From the NCBI GenBank assembly GCA_963693055.1, contig OY843751.1:4384001-4448000 (forward strand): a DNA stretch of 64,000 nt. The letters run 5' to 3'. Under the pieces are notes generated by a model, which was not told the DNA's origin, made no database searches, and saw only the letters and a program-made list of their open reading frames with translations. Both the position numbers and the translations under genes were made by a program. The stretch comes from a bacterium (GTDB lineage Bacteria; Zhuqueibacterota; Zhuqueibacteria; Residuimicrobiales; Krinioviventaceae). This document shows, in pieces, positions 61,812-64,000 of this stretch (the first letter of the stretch is position 1; the number at the start of each line of letters is the position of its first letter).

Positions 61812-62950
61812 AATTTAGAAAAGAGGCGATTAATAAGAATATTAATCCGGTAGTAATTGAACACGCAATACTACATGCAAAGTTAGTTTCCGAAGTAAAT
61901 TCGAAATTGCCGCCGATATTCTCGTTAAGGCATTTATCTCATTTAACAAATGTTGACTATCCTATTTTACGCTCTATAGTCATGCGGAAGTATTTAAAGC
62001 CGTACAAGGTATTTATATTAAAGAAGAGGGAAAAAGGGCAGCAGAAACGTGGTTATAGAGTAATTTGTATCCCAGACGCTCCTATCATGAAAGTACAGCG
62101 ATGGATAGCAAAAAACATCCTAAGTTGTGGAATAACAAGCCCAGCAAGTTTTGCATACGCCAAGGATTCTAAAATAATTGATGCAGCCAAACTTCATTGT
62201 GGATGTCGTTGGATGCTGAAACTTGATGTAAGTAATTTTTTTGAATCTTTTTCAGAAATAGCAGCATACAGAGTATTCAGGTCACTTGGTTATCAGCCAC
62301 TCATTTCCTTTGAACTATCTCGAATATGCACTAGACTTAGTGACCAGACAAAAAGATACAATAATAAAAGGTGGGAGGTAACAAAAAAGAATTATTCTGT
62401 AATCAATTGTTATATGAATTCAAGAATTGGGCATTTGCCTCAAGGAGCCCCAACAAGCCCAATGTTATCTAATCTTGCAATGAAAGCATTTGACAGCAAG
62501 ATTCTTGAAATTGCAAATCAAAACGACCTTTTTTATACCCGTTATGCAGATGATTTATGTTTATCTACTGCAGATAAAAATTTTAATCGTGCAAAAGCAA
62601 AAACAATTATAAATGCTATCTATAAAGAAATGATGATAATTGGACTAACGCCAAACATCACAAAAACACAAATTATCCCACCAGGAGCAAGAAAAATTGT
62701 TCTTGGACTGCTTGTAGATGGAAAAGACCCCAAATTATCTCGTTCATTTCGTTCGAAACTTAGAATGCACTTTTATTATTTGAGACATGCAGATATTGGC
62801 CCATCTATGCACGCAAAAAACAGAGGATTTGACTCTGTATTAGGATTAAAGAGCCACTTGCAAGGCTTGATTTCATATGCTAGCCAGATTGATCTCGATT
62901 ATGCTTCATCGTGTACTGAACAAATGAATGCCATAAACTGGCCATTGTAA
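61790..62950 (+). CDS. Retron-type reverse transcriptase
   Basis: R.I.IP...KVQRWI, AAKLH (region X), KLDVSNFFES, LPQGAPTSP.LSN, YTRYADDL, IVLGLLV (region Y); no maturase/HNH domain. Confidence 0.92.
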   Translation: MCSWCPQQFRKEAINKNINPVVIEHAILHAKLVSEVNSKLPPIFSLRHLSHLTNVDYPILRSIVMRKYLKPYKVFILKKREKGQQKRGYRVICIPDAPIMKVQRWIAKNILSCGITSPASFAYAKDSKIIDAAKLHCGCRWMLKLDVSNFFESFSEIAAYRVFRSLGYQPLISFELSRICTRLSDQTKRYNNKRWEVTKKNYSVINCYMNSRIGHLPQGAPTSPMLSNLAMKAFDSKILEIANQNDLFYTRYADDLCLSTADKNFNRAKAKTIINAIYKEMMIIGLTPNITKTQIIPPGARKIVLGLLVDGKDPKLSRSFRSKLRMHFYYLRHADIGPSMHAKNRGFDSVLGLKSHLQGLISYASQIDLDYASSCTEQMNAINWPL

Positions 62951-63135
62951 AATCAATAGCTATTGAGAAGAAATAATAAGCTTGCTAATTAATAATTATC
63001 TCCCCAAAATCATTTTCCTAAATTTCGGGACAGACTTAACATTTTTTATTTAAATCAATCTCTCTCTCCAAAAATAATAGCATTCCCCCCATTTTCTTTG
63101 TATATTTATTTTGATAGTATTAACAAAAAAGCAGT

Positions 63136-63597
63136 ATGAGTCCCGATAAAGAAAATAAACTGACCGTAAAAGCCATTTATCCGGTATCTACGGAAAAAGA
63201 AGTAGAGTTGCTGCTGTTCTCGCAGCGCATTCAGGCCGGGTTCCCGTCACCAGCAGATGATTATATTTCAGAAAAGCTGGATCTGAACAAATTCCTCATC
63301 AAGAACCAGGCGACCACCTATTGCGTGCGCGTGGAAGGAGATTCCATGGTCGGCGCCGGCATCCAGTCTGGAGATATACTGATTGTAGACCGCTCCATAC
63401 AGCCGCGCGAGAACCTCATTGTCATAGCCATTCTGGATGGCGAATTGACGGTCAAGTGGCTGAAACGGCAAAAAGGCAAATTATTACTGTGCCCGGATAA
63501 CAACGATTTCTCCCCCATCGAGATCCACGAAGAATCGGATTTCCAGATCTGGGGCGTGGTGGTGCACAGTATTCACACATTTTATCAACAGCGGTAA
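63136..63597 (+). CDS. umuD: DNA polymerase V subunit UmuD (S24 peptidase)
   Basis: AGFPSPADDY, GDSM, LTVK, IWGVV. Confidence 0.93.
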   Translation: MSPDKENKLTVKAIYPVSTEKEVELLLFSQRIQAGFPSPADDYISEKLDLNKFLIKNQATTYCVRVEGDSMVGAGIQSGDILIVDRSIQPRENLIVIAILDGELTVKWLKRQKGKLLLCPDNNDFSPIEIHEESDFQIWGVVVHSIHTFYQQR

Positions 63598-63598
63598 C

Positions 63599-64000
63599 AT
63601 GAGTAAAATATTCGCATTGGTCGATTGCGACAATTTCTATGCCTCGTGCGAACGGGTATTCAATCCGGCGGTGGCCAACCGCCCGATTGTGGTGCTGTCA
63701 AATAATGACGGCTGCGTCATTGCGCGTTCAAACGAAGTCAAACAAATGGACATCCCCTTTGGCTCTCCGTATTTCAAGATAGAGAACCTGCTAAAACAGC
63801 ACAATGTGGCCGTGTTCTCGTCCAATTACGAGCTCTATGGTGACATGTCCGCACGGGTAATGGAGATTCTGGCGCAATTCGCTCTTGATATTGAAGTCTA
63901 TTCCATTGACGAAGCTTTTCTGGAACTGGACGGCTTTCGCAACTGCAACATTGAAGAATATGCCCGCCATATCCGCGACTATGTGGTCCGCGGTACCGGC
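63599..64000 (+). CDS. umuC: Y-family DNA polymerase V subunit UmuC, truncated by the window end
   Basis: Translated by hand from ATG 63599: MSKIFALVDCDNFYASCERVF...VVLSNNDGCVIARS...SSNYELYGDMS...YSIDEAF. Confidence 0.93.
   Translation, partial: MSKIFALVDCDNFYASCERVFNPAVANRPIVVLSNNDGCVIARSNEVKQMDIPFGSPYFKIENLLKQHNVAVFSSNYELYGDMSARVMEILAQFALDIEVYSIDEAFLELDGFRNCNIEEYARHIRDYVVRGTG

Noticed and set aside
61790-62950. RT as group II intron, DGR or CRISPR-associated RT
   Set aside because: No maturase/HNH domain, no TR/VR repeat pair, no cas genes or array; retron motifs and ncRNA are present.

Overview
Bacterial chromosomal window from a diderm (Omp85, LolA-like, TRAP, lipoproteins), probably anaerobic, sugar-using organism; the lineage cannot be fixed from sequence alone. 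Most of it is housekeeping and metabolism: an Omp85/DUF4390/HAMP-kinase/receiver operon, a Rex-led hfs-type [FeFe]-hydrogenase operon with a clear Rex box, a TPR-fused alarmone synthetase, an M13 peptidase, and a LacI-controlled TRAP sugar-acid operon (mannonate oxidoreductase-like SDR, Gnd, LarA-family epimerase, PPi-type PFK homologue, HAD). It also holds purine uptake genes, several CAZymes, a double GT4 gene broken by one nonsense codon, an orphan Cache-CheW protein and an AT-rich LolA/YidD/TPR operon. Two AT-rich accessory islands stand out. (1) 60361-62950 is a complete retron: PRTase-winged-helix effector, a structured ncRNA whose closing inverted repeats lie inside both flanking genes, and a YADD reverse transcriptase, directly before umuDC. 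(2) 17241-19347 is an SF2 helicase plus a 72-aa Zn-finger gene, bracketed by inverted REP-like hairpin elements; it is a candidate defence module I do not recognise. No rRNA, tRNA, CRISPR array, integrase or transposase was seen. Family assignments come from motifs recognised by eye, not from database searches.
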